Source of the DNA: a virus
Taxonomy: Duplodnaviria; Caudoviricetes
Virus record (IMG/VR): IMGVR_UViG_3300030372_001399
Location: 1-24,718 of that record
Strand: one strand, 5' to 3'
Length of the DNA stretch: 24,718 nt
Below the pieces are notes generated by a model. The model did not search any database. It saw nothing but the letters and a program-made list of their open reading frames with translations, and had not been told where the DNA came from. Every line of letters starts with the position of its first letter. Position 1 is the stretch's first letter. The position numbers and the translations under genes are program-made. Below, piece by piece: positions 9,263 to 17,658 of this stretch.

Positions 9263-10803
9263 GTTAACTTTTGGCCTATTTCTATAGCATTAGGATTTTT
9301 AATATTATTTTGTTTAATTAAGTCTTCAAGTGATACACCAATTTGTGTTGCAATTTTTCCTAATGTATCGCCTTTTCTAACTACATAAGTATTTGGTTTA
9401 ACTGCTGGTGTTTTAACTTCTGGTGCTTGAGCTTTTATAGCTTCAGATTTTATAGCTTTATCAAAAGCTTCTACTGGTGCTTTTTGTTTATTGACAGCTT
9501 CTATTAATCTTTGTGTTGCTGCTGTTTTATAATCATCTTTTTGCTTAGCGCTTAAACCTTTTTGTTTATTTATATTTGCAAAATATGACTGAATAGTTCC
9601 AGGGTCTTCTTTATTTCCATCTAATGATACTACCCATTTTCTAAAAAAATTATCTTCTCTGTTAGCAGCAGCGGGATCATCTTGTTTAAAGTCTGGAGCT
9701 AAAGACAAATACTTTAAAAGCTCTTTATCTTCTGGAGACTGGCTTTCTATAGCATTACGCATTTCTTTGTTTGCTTGTTGTTTAGCAAAAGCCTTAGCAG
9801 CATCTTGTTGAAAAAGAATTTCACCGGCACGTTCTCTAATTGATGGCAGCTCTGCTGGAGCTTCTTGTAGCTGCTCTCTGTATCCTGTAACTAATTTTTT
9901 AGAGGCATCTATTTCGTCAGAAAGATTATCCATATTTGTTTTTAATGTATTTATTCTTGTTTGAACTTCTGGATTACCTTCACCTAAAGTATCTAATTCT
10001 TTTAAATACTTTCTAACTCTTCTATTAAGAGCACTTGCTGTTCTTTGTCTTGGGTCTAATTTTTTTTCAGCCGTTTCTAATTCTGCTTCTTTTTGTGCAT
10101 TAGCTTGTGTTGAGTTTAATCTGTCGCTAAATTGCAATCGATTAGATAAACTTTCTGTTATTTGTGTTGGTACTGGTGTATTATCTTCTAAAGTAAAAAT
10201 ACCATCAGAATGATTTTCTATTATTTTTGCAATAGCTTCTAATCCAACTGCTTTAGAATCTGGATTATCTAAATTTGCAAATATTTTTTGAACTTCTAAC
10301 CATGGTTTTGCAATACTTGATGTATTATCAAATCCATATTGCATATTAAAAGATTCTCTGTTTGCATTATTATCTCTAAATATTGTAGTAGAAGCATCAA
10401 TTGCTCTTGCCCAATTTTGTATTGCTGATTTTAAAGATGGATCTAATGTAAATCTTTTTTCTAATCTTTCTTCTGTTTTTTGAATAGAGCTAAGATCTTC
10501 TTTAGACATATTTGCATATACATTACCCAGTTGTGCAGCAGCATTTGTTAACTTAAACCTTAAACCATCATCAACATTTAAGTTTGTAAATGACTTATCT
10601 AAATCTCGTAAGTCTTTACGCAATGCCCTTAAATAATCTTGTTCACCCTTTAACATTTGCACCAGCATTTCACGCTGTGCAAGTTGTGATGCTTGGGTTT
10701 GTTGTATATCTTGTGCAGCTTGCTGATATGCCATTTGTGTTTGGCGTCTGGTGTTCTGACCAAACAAAGCAAAGTGTGTTGCAAATGAACTGGTTTTAGC
10801 CAT
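9253..10803 (-). CDS. Internal virion/ejection protein with C-terminal LysM domain (516 aa)
   Basis: Gln/Ala/Lys-rich coiled coils, a Pro-containing linker, then TYVVRKGDTLGKIATQIGVSLEDLIKQNNIKNPNAIEIGQKL, a textbook LysM consensus. SD AGGT. Confidence 0.8.
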   Translation of the reverse strand: MAKTSSFATHFALFGQNTRRQTQMAYQQAAQDIQQTQASQLAQREMLVQMLKGEQDYLRALRKDLRDLDKSFTNLNVDDGLRFKLTNAAAQLGNVYANMSKEDLSSIQKTEERLEKRFTLDPSLKSAIQNWARAIDASTTIFRDNNANRESFNMQYGFDNTSSIAKPWLEVQKIFANLDNPDSKAVGLEAIAKIIENHSDGIFTLEDNTPVPTQITESLSNRLQFSDRLNSTQANAQKEAELETAEKKLDPRQRTASALNRRVRKYLKELDTLGEGNPEVQTRINTLKTNMDNLSDEIDASKKLVTGYREQLQEAPAELPSIRERAGEILFQQDAAKAFAKQQANKEMRNAIESQSPEDKELLKYLSLAPDFKQDDPAAANREDNFFRKWVVSLDGNKEDPGTIQSYFANINKQKGLSAKQKDDYKTAATQRLIEAVNKQKAPVEAFDKAIKSEAIKAQAPEVKTPAVKPNTYVVRKGDTLGKIATQIGVSLEDLIKQNNIKNPNAIEIGQKLTWR

Positions 10804-10815
10804 TGTATTACCTAT

Positions 10816-11469
10816 TTAAATATCATTACCAAAATAATAATTTTTATAATTATCAAAATCCTTAGAAGCTTTACTTGTATTTTTTGGTGAAGCTCCAAAT
10901 GTTTTAGCAAAAGCATTATTTTTAGCTTGATTAGCTTCATATGCAGCTTTTAATGCTTCCTGTTCTTCTCTTGCTATTGCTAACTGTGTTAGTTGTGGTC
11001 CTAATTCTGAAGCCTCACTACCCAATGCTTCTAATCCATATAGCCACGCATTGTCTTTAATCTTTTTTAAGTTGCGCAAGGTATCTATTTCTTGTTTACG
11101 CATTGCTTCTTGTTGGGCCATATCAGCTTGCGCTCTTTCAGCAGCAGCACTACGTTCTTTTCCGGCAGCAGTTTCCATTGCTTGCTGTCCTCTAAAATAT
11201 GCACCAGAAGATAAGTCTTGAGCTGATATGTCTTGTGCCATACGTTCTTTAGCCTCGCGCATAGCACCCTGTATGGGTGTCATTTGTTTACCCATAGCAA
11301 CATTGTAATCTCCACCAAGCATACCAATAGCTTCCATGCGTTCTAATTCACGCAAACGCTTTTCTTCTTCTTCCGACATTGCACTAGAAGCTTTTTTATA
11401 TGCAGAAACACCTCTTGCTGTTCCGCCAAAAACTGAGCTTCCAATTCCTATTAATGCTAATGGATCCAT
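10816..11469 (-). CDS. Small internal virion/ejection protein (217 aa)
   Basis: N-terminus MDPLALIGIGSSVFGG (hydrophobic, Gly-rich) then Ala/Gln/Glu/Met-rich helices, as in T7 gp14 / P22 gp7 positional analogues. SD AGGTG. Confidence 0.7.
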   Translation of the reverse strand: MDPLALIGIGSSVFGGTARGVSAYKKASSAMSEEEEKRLRELERMEAIGMLGGDYNVAMGKQMTPIQGAMREAKERMAQDISAQDLSSGAYFRGQQAMETAAGKERSAAAERAQADMAQQEAMRKQEIDTLRNLKKIKDNAWLYGLEALGSEASELGPQLTQLAIAREEQEALKAAYEANQAKNNAFAKTFGASPKNTSKASKDFDNYKNYYFGNDI

Positions 11470-11476
11470 ATTACAC

Positions 11477-12151
11477 CTACATATAAAATAGTTCTAAACA
11501 TACACCCCAAGACATAACTTGAGATCTATACGATGTTGCTCTTCCGGTTAATCCTAAAAAGAAATTAATCGTGCTTCCTTCTAAGGTAGTAAACCCAGAT
11601 AAATAATTAGTACCATCTAATAAATCACCATACGCAATGCTTGCTCCAGTAGCTATAGTTTCACCGCCACTTGCACTTGTAGATATATGAGTACCATTTG
11701 GTATTACCCCTGGGGTTTTAGTATTGGCACCTACAAAATAATTGTTTGTATTTGATCCGCTTAAAACAAGATCTGTTTTTTCTTGTATCCACCATGAAAA
11801 CAATGCTGTTGCTGGTCTACCTATATTTATTGTAAATGCTGTTTCTGGTATAAAAACATTATTAGGAGTGTCTGCTGATCGGTTTGAATTAAACTTAGTT
11901 ACAAATGTATAGTTTAATGATTGATAAGAATGGTTTTGCCCACCAAATATACCTGTACAATTATGCGTTACATTGGTTTGTGCATCTATAGTACCTGGCA
12001 TAATGTGTTGTGTATCAACAAACTGGGTGCCTTTTAAGTCTGTAGATCCAACAAGATGAGTATATTTTTTTAATCCAATAAGCTCATTATTAAGATCATC
12101 TCCTGTTAATACGTCACCAGTAGACCATGTTTTTATAGGCGTATATGTCAT
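11477..12151 (-). CDS. Short tail fibre/appendage-like protein (224 aa)
   Basis: N-terminal TWSTGDVLTGDDLNNEL anchor-like motif and beta-rich C-terminal region. ATGA overlap with the upstream gene. Confidence 0.6.
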   Translation of the reverse strand: MTYTPIKTWSTGDVLTGDDLNNELIGLKKYTHLVGSTDLKGTQFVDTQHIMPGTIDAQTNVTHNCTGIFGGQNHSYQSLNYTFVTKFNSNRSADTPNNVFIPETAFTINIGRPATALFSWWIQEKTDLVLSGSNTNNYFVGANTKTPGVIPNGTHISTSASGGETIATGASIAYGDLLDGTNYLSGFTTLEGSTINFFLGLTGRATSYRSQVMSWGVCLELFYM

Positions 12152-13047
12152 TTAGACCTCATTACCATAAAGACTAAAAATGTTTTTTGAAACTTAACTC
12201 TTGGATTTATAGTAGCTATATTTGGTGCAGTACTATGCACAAGATAATTATTTTCTGAACCACCAGTAGCATCATAATATGGTGTTACTGGTCCTTGCGA
12301 AACTACTTTAAGGTTTATTGGTACTGTTCCAGCTTCACCCGCTGTAACTTTATGAATCCATGATCCGCTTAAAGTATGTTTTGAATTAGATGCTGTATTA
12401 TTAAAATCTGATTTTAAAATACTATTAGCAGCAGCAGCAGGGGCGGCGTCAGTAGGAGCCTCATTAGCAGCAGTAGTTCCATCATCAGCAATAACTGCAT
12501 AGTGTATAAAACTTGTTGCTTTAGTATTAGTAACTAAAGCACCTGTTTTAGATGTATCTGGTGTTGTATTGTTAAAATGCGTTTGACCTGGAACTGGGGC
12601 ATATGCAGCACCGTTAAAACTCCATTGCAAATACTGAGCAAAAAAATGATCTCTCATTTCTGCAATGTTTGTATAAGGCGCATTGTAATATTTTACATAT
12701 GTACCATGCCAATAAACTCTAATAATATCGCCTTCGGCGAGTTGTAATGTGCCAACATTAAATATACCAGGTTGAGCTACTGGAGTAGCTAAAGAAGCTC
12801 TATCTACTTGTGTACCCCCCCCACCACTTGTACCTACAGATGTAGTTTCAAAATGAACCAATTGTATTCCAGCTTTACCATTTGTCGTTACTGTTTTAAA
12901 TTGAGTTGTATCTATAGATGAATCTCTAATGTTTGTTTCATCTATTTGTGTGTTTACAGCAGTAGCAACATCTTGAAACTTGCTATTTAAAGGAGCTGGA
13001 TCAAGTTTAGTTTCTCTATTAAAGCTTGGACTAACAAGTTTGCTCAT
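12148..13047 (-). CDS. Short tail fibre/appendage-like protein (299 aa)
   Basis: Start placed at ATG 13047 (ATGA overlap with the stop at 13044-13046) rather than GTG 13053. N-terminal LDPAPLNSKFQDVATAVNTQIDETNI anchor-like motif. Thr/Ala/Gly-rich. Confidence 0.6.
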   Translation of the reverse strand: MSKLVSPSFNRETKLDPAPLNSKFQDVATAVNTQIDETNIRDSSIDTTQFKTVTTNGKAGIQLVHFETTSVGTSGGGGTQVDRASLATPVAQPGIFNVGTLQLAEGDIIRVYWHGTYVKYYNAPYTNIAEMRDHFFAQYLQWSFNGAAYAPVPGQTHFNNTTPDTSKTGALVTNTKATSFIHYAVIADDGTTAANEAPTDAAPAAAANSILKSDFNNTASNSKHTLSGSWIHKVTAGEAGTVPINLKVVSQGPVTPYYDATGGSENNYLVHSTAPNIATINPRVKFQKTFLVFMVMRSK

Positions 13048-13682
13048 CTCCACCGCCCTATTAACATTGTACGCATACCAAATAAATGAAACTGTGTTTT
13101 ATGTAACCAATCAGTTTTACCTTTTGGTGTCATTTTTGCTTTAATAGTTAGCTTACTTGTACCACCAGGACTAAATGTATTTGCAAATAATCTTATTGTT
13201 TGAATCGGTTTAGCAAAATCAAAAGTATTTAACATTGGCACACCATTCCATTCCATAACAAACTGTACACCTTTTTGATTTGCTTCTGATGCACCTTTTG
13301 AAAACTGTAAGTTTATATACAAATGAGCCATAAACTCTATTTGCATCATACCGTCTTTTAAACCAGTGTATTCTCTATCAACAACAGTTACCCATCCACC
13401 ACTATAGGTAGAATAAGTTAATCCTTTAAATCCAGTATTTGAGCCAGTACCAGATGCGGTATCTACAAAAAATGAATCTGTAGCAAACTCTGTTTCATCA
13501 TTTAAATAAACACCATGCGTTGCATAATCTTTTAAAATGCTTTTACCAACTGTATTGGTAGGTATTTGGTTTCTATCTAAACCACCATTAATAGACGATT
13601 TACTTGCATTGTATTCATTGTTGAACTGTTCATAATCAACGATGTTAGCATTTCTAATATCTGCTTCAGTCCATCGTTTCAT
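13044..13682 (-). CDS. Short tail fibre/appendage-like protein (212 aa)
   Basis: N-terminal IVDYEQFNNEYNASKSSINGGLDRNQI motif. Directly follows the nozzle gene with ATGA overlap. Confidence 0.6.
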   Translation of the reverse strand: MKRWTEADIRNANIVDYEQFNNEYNASKSSINGGLDRNQIPTNTVGKSILKDYATHGVYLNDETEFATDSFFVDTASGTGSNTGFKGLTYSTYSGGWVTVVDREYTGLKDGMMQIEFMAHLYINLQFSKGASEANQKGVQFVMEWNGVPMLNTFDFAKPIQTIRLFANTFSPGGTSKLTIKAKMTPKGKTDWLHKTQFHLFGMRTMLIGRWR

Positions 13683-15823
13683 GCTTTTTTACCTGCTATC
13701 ATTTTAGTACCAGCAGCAGTAAACTCTACTGCGTACCCTATCAACACTATATCATTTTCAGTGTTGATTTTAAATTGAAAATGGCTGCATGATCCTTGTG
13801 CTATTGGATAACGTATAGCGGTTGCTAATGGTTCTTCCCATGGCGCATCAGATCCTGTAACTACTTGTGCAGTATTGTACACTGATTGATCATTGTGATC
13901 GGCTCTTTGCAGTTTACGACCTTCAGCAGCAATGCCAGAATAATAAAAATCTTTAAAGTATTCTATAGATATAGGGTTATCGCCTTGCGTTAATACATAT
14001 AGATAAACAAAGTGAACATGCTTTTTTACTGTTTCATCACCCATATCCATCCATGGGCTTCTAAACGTAGATACTGGTGGAGCTTTATCGACTATACCGT
14101 CAACTGTTTTTTGTTCACCATTGGCTCGTTTTTTAGATATTACAAAAACTCCAGGTTGAACATTGCCCTCATTTGTACTACCAAAAAATATATTGCCTAT
14201 ATAATCTCTGGCCAATGAAGTAACTGGAAACTCAGATCGAGTACTAAAAGCATTTTTTTCAACATGATAGATTACACCTAATGGAGATGTGCCACTACTG
14301 TTACCATCGGCAGGGTAATAACAATGCCATTCTTGCCACTTAGGAGAGTAAATAGCGCAAGCTTTACCAAGGCAATCTTCATTTATTCGATTCATTGTTT
14401 TTAGCATATGCTTTGATATTTGCTTTATGCCTGGGCTATCTGAATACTCCATGTTTGAGCTTAAAGCATATATACCATCTGACGCTAAAAACATTAGCCC
14501 TACACCAGGCACATTGGTCACTGTATTGATTGCGCGTGTTCCAACCTCTGTTGATATAGGCACAGCAGTAAAGTTAGGATAATCGCCCATTATGGCGTCT
14601 ATTCCACGTTCTCTGAATACCAATAGAAAGTTAAAGTAAGGGTGCAGCCCAGTAATCCCACCGCTATTGCGGTTGCCCAATTCGATAAAGCTTGTTGCTT
14701 CATATTGGTCTGGCAACGTTGGTTTGCTATAAAAAAGCATGGTATCATTATCAGCACCGCCTTCCACAAATAAGCAGTCTTTATATACCGCGCTAAAGCG
14801 TGTTCTGGTAGCTGGAAATAAAATACTTGCTGTTTCATCTGGCGCAAGTGATCCCAATGCGCCATCAGGAACTGCATCATATACAGCATCTTCAGTATTG
14901 TTATTAATGTCTTTAACAAAGTAAAAATCTGATTCAGTACCTACAGCGGCAGTACCATAGTTTTTAGTTCTATACAAACGCCTGGCTACCGTACCTTCTG
15001 GACCTGTTGGTATTTCTATATACAAAGCATATTTCATTTGTCCCAATGGCGCTGTTGTTGCTTCAGTAACCCAAGTTATCATTCGGCTTTCTTCTGACAA
15101 GGGCGATTCTGCACCAGCATTATTTATAAATGAAACACGATATTTATATTTATTAGTATCACTTGTTGCTGTAGTATTAGTGCCTAATCCTTCACCATTA
15201 TAGGTTCTGTATTCAGATCCTTGAAATGGAAAAGCAATTGATACTGCTTGTCCAGTTATATTTAATGAAGCCAACAATAATGCAACATCCCATGGATTAG
15301 GGGCTGATGGAACTGTATTCCAACCCAAATCATATACATAAGGAGTAAAAGTTATTGGAGCCCTATGTATTGGCCATGCTGAATATTTAAATGATTTATC
15401 ATACCCATTGCTAACGATTAACCATTTGCCATAAGTTGTATATTGTGTTGGAGCTTCATTTGCAGCGGGTATTGTTCTATTAGTAGATATAGTTCTTAAA
15501 GTCATAGATGAGCTATAATTTTCATCTAACTGATATAGTGTTCCACCAGACTCTAAAAAGACAGATTGCATTGCGCCTTGATGCCTGGAAAATACAAACA
15601 TAGAATCTATTTTATTGGTTGCTGTTGTTGCACCACCGCTTGTAAATGGTAAAAAATCACCAGCAGGTAAAGGGTTGTATCGCTCATACCCTATGCGATT
15701 ATCCCATCCACCAGTGTATTTATCTACCGTCCAGTTGATTAACTCTGTTGCACCGTCTTGTGTTTGAGGTAGTTTTTCATATAAACCAGATAAGGCTTTT
15801 ATTTGTACGGTAGTATTTTTCAT
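13679..15823 (-). CDS. Tail nozzle / tail tubular protein B-like (714 aa)
   Basis: Size, position after the adaptor, and beta-propeller-like segments (LFYSKPTLPDQY, GGITGLHPYFNFLLVFRERGI, LMFLASDGIY) fit P22 gp10 / T7 gp12 analogues. Confidence 0.75.
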   Translation of the reverse strand: MKNTTVQIKALSGLYEKLPQTQDGATELINWTVDKYTGGWDNRIGYERYNPLPAGDFLPFTSGGATTATNKIDSMFVFSRHQGAMQSVFLESGGTLYQLDENYSSSMTLRTISTNRTIPAANEAPTQYTTYGKWLIVSNGYDKSFKYSAWPIHRAPITFTPYVYDLGWNTVPSAPNPWDVALLLASLNITGQAVSIAFPFQGSEYRTYNGEGLGTNTTATSDTNKYKYRVSFINNAGAESPLSEESRMITWVTEATTAPLGQMKYALYIEIPTGPEGTVARRLYRTKNYGTAAVGTESDFYFVKDINNNTEDAVYDAVPDGALGSLAPDETASILFPATRTRFSAVYKDCLFVEGGADNDTMLFYSKPTLPDQYEATSFIELGNRNSGGITGLHPYFNFLLVFRERGIDAIMGDYPNFTAVPISTEVGTRAINTVTNVPGVGLMFLASDGIYALSSNMEYSDSPGIKQISKHMLKTMNRINEDCLGKACAIYSPKWQEWHCYYPADGNSSGTSPLGVIYHVEKNAFSTRSEFPVTSLARDYIGNIFFGSTNEGNVQPGVFVISKKRANGEQKTVDGIVDKAPPVSTFRSPWMDMGDETVKKHVHFVYLYVLTQGDNPISIEYFKDFYYSGIAAEGRKLQRADHNDQSVYNTAQVVTGSDAPWEEPLATAIRYPIAQGSCSHFQFKINTENDIVLIGYAVEFTAAGTKMIAGKKA

Positions 15824-17094
15824 GTTCTGGTCAATGGCGTGTACAAGGGAAGAGGATTAACAACGCCATCAAGCATACCGCGTTTAACAAATCTTCGAGG
15901 AATCTGCGTAAGGTATCTTTGTTCAAGTTTAACCATCTCTTGAGCGACTTTACGCTCGTACATGTTTGCTTGTGGCAAGTTGTCTAACTTAACAAACAGC
16001 TCTCTAAGGGCCATGTATGCTAATATATGATGAGATGATGATGGCATTTCTGGTGTATCATTATCGTTTACCAATGGCTGTGGTCTAAACATATATCGAA
16101 CTGTTATATCGTAATCTTGATCTTGTCTTGGATACAATCGTATGCGTTGTGTATTGCCATCTATAGCAGTGTAGGGTTCTGTATTAAACTCAAAAGCATC
16201 GGTAAAATTATCAATTTTAAATGATGCACCTGCTTGGTCTACTGCTGTTAAATTTCTTGTAGTTCCTGTGACATATAAAGCACGCTCACCTTTCCAACCT
16301 GCTGCTGGATTGCTTACATATATTTTTCGATAGTAACCAGTTCTATTTGGCAATACTGTAAAGGTTACATCTAAATCAGGCTTGTCTGTTGTTAATGAAG
16401 TAGATGCAGATAGGGCAGACTCTCTACCGGCATAAACATATGACATGCTAACATTTATGGTTTTACTTGGTCCAGAGCTTGCTCCAGATGCAGCTACGCT
16501 TAAAACTGATCGTGGTGTAGATACATGGTATTCATCATAAGGAACCCAGAAGTTAGGAAGGTTAACTTCATCTAACGGTAGGTTGTAATACTCATCTTCA
16601 TACCTGGCTATTGCTGTAAACATACCAGGCTCTTGCGGCGTTAACGTCATTGATCGTTTAACCACGTTCATAATAGCTACACAATCAGATGGCAGATCTA
16701 AGTACCTAAACTTAATCTTTGCGGCAAATGTAGTTGCTGTTGCATAGCTTGGTGTATCTGTTGTTAGCCACAATGTAGTAGTATTTTGCACCCATGCTAT
16801 CTCATATTCAACACCATCAACTTCTATAACTTGACCTTCCCAATGTGTAGGTGCTGGGGTTACTGCTGCAAATGTTAACTGTGCTGTTGTTGTACCAGGT
16901 GACGTAACATTAACTTCAATATCTTTATAAGCTTTTACAATTGTTTCCTTCTGGGCAAATGTAAACTGCTTTTCGGTGTATAGCCTATAATACGCATCAT
17001 TAATAAGATCGGTGATCTGTTGTCGATAGGTATCAACCGCAGGGTCATAGTCTACTATATTGGCTATCATGTTTCTTAAATCGACTAATCGCAT
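15820..17094 (-). CDS. Head-tail adaptor / tail tubular protein A-like with inserted beta domains (424 aa)
   Basis: N-terminal helix MRLVDLRNMI...ITDLINDAY, YLDLPSDC, IRLYPRQDQDYDITVRY...LVNDNDTPEMP..HHILAYMA and a C-terminal helix match the podovirus adaptor pattern. SD AGGTG. Confidence 0.75.
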   Translation of the reverse strand: MRLVDLRNMIANIVDYDPAVDTYRQQITDLINDAYYRLYTEKQFTFAQKETIVKAYKDIEVNVTSPGTTTAQLTFAAVTPAPTHWEGQVIEVDGVEYEIAWVQNTTTLWLTTDTPSYATATTFAAKIKFRYLDLPSDCVAIMNVVKRSMTLTPQEPGMFTAIARYEDEYYNLPLDEVNLPNFWVPYDEYHVSTPRSVLSVAASGASSGPSKTINVSMSYVYAGRESALSASTSLTTDKPDLDVTFTVLPNRTGYYRKIYVSNPAAGWKGERALYVTGTTRNLTAVDQAGASFKIDNFTDAFEFNTEPYTAIDGNTQRIRLYPRQDQDYDITVRYMFRPQPLVNDNDTPEMPSSSHHILAYMALRELFVKLDNLPQANMYERKVAQEMVKLEQRYLTQIPRRFVKRGMLDGVVNPLPLYTPLTRT

Positions 17095-17106
17095 ATATCA
17101 CCTATT

Positions 17107-17144
17107 AAATAAAACCCCCCTCCAACAGTAACGGAGGAGGGGGG
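17107..17144 (-). terminator. Rho-independent terminator after the capsid genes
   Basis: Minus strand CCCCCCUCC-(12 nt loop)-GGAGGGGGG-UUUUAUUU: 9 bp GC-rich stem plus U tract, at the usual position after the highly expressed head genes. Confidence 0.85.
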
Positions 17145-17191
17145 AGTGGGCGAGGATGCCCAAGGCGGGTAGAACCCCCCTGTGACGGTTC

Positions 17192-17656
17192 TTAAAACTG
17201 TTTGATTACAAAAACAGTAGCCACATTTGCAGTATCAGCTTCAGTAGCTACAGCTATGATAGGAGAAGTATCAGCAGCAACAATGGTTTTTGCCTGTCCA
17301 GCGACACTGCTTATACAAAGCCTATCGCCAGCAGCAGTAGTACCTACAACATTTGCACTTTCGTGTATGCCCGAAATAGTTACTTCTACACGATCTCCAG
17401 CAGCAGTAGCAGCATTTAAAGCAAATCCAACTGCCACTTGACTAATTTCTGAATCAAGAGCTTTTCTGATATACAAAGCTTTATCGCCATCTGAATAGCC
17501 TACTGTAGTAAAATCTAAAGCAACTAAATCATTAGCAGCAATAGCAGCACTAGCCAAAAAGGTTTCAGTTTGTCTACGGTTTGAAGGGGTAATTCCTCTT
17601 GATGTTCCGTCTTCATAAACGGAATCCAAGGATTGTAAATAAGTTGCACTAGCCAT
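17192..17656 (-). CDS. Capsid cement/decoration protein (DUF2190-like), 154 aa
   Basis: Immediately downstream of MCP. Ala-rich motifs ASAAIAANDLVAL, AVGFALNAATAAGDRVEVTISG and AGDRLCISSVAGQA. SD GGAGG at the end of MCP. Confidence 0.7.
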   Translation of the reverse strand: MASATYLQSLDSVYEDGTSRGITPSNRRQTETFLASAAIAANDLVALDFTTVGYSDGDKALYIRKALDSEISQVAVGFALNAATAAGDRVEVTISGIHESANVVGTTAAGDRLCISSVAGQAKTIVAADTSPIIAVATEADTANVATVFVIKQF

Positions 17657-17658
17657 GA

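Noticed and set aside
17095-17191. tRNA gene in the GC-rich spacer
   Set aside because: No T-loop GTTCRA in a cloverleaf context and no acceptor stem. The pairings fit terminator/antiterminator helices instead.
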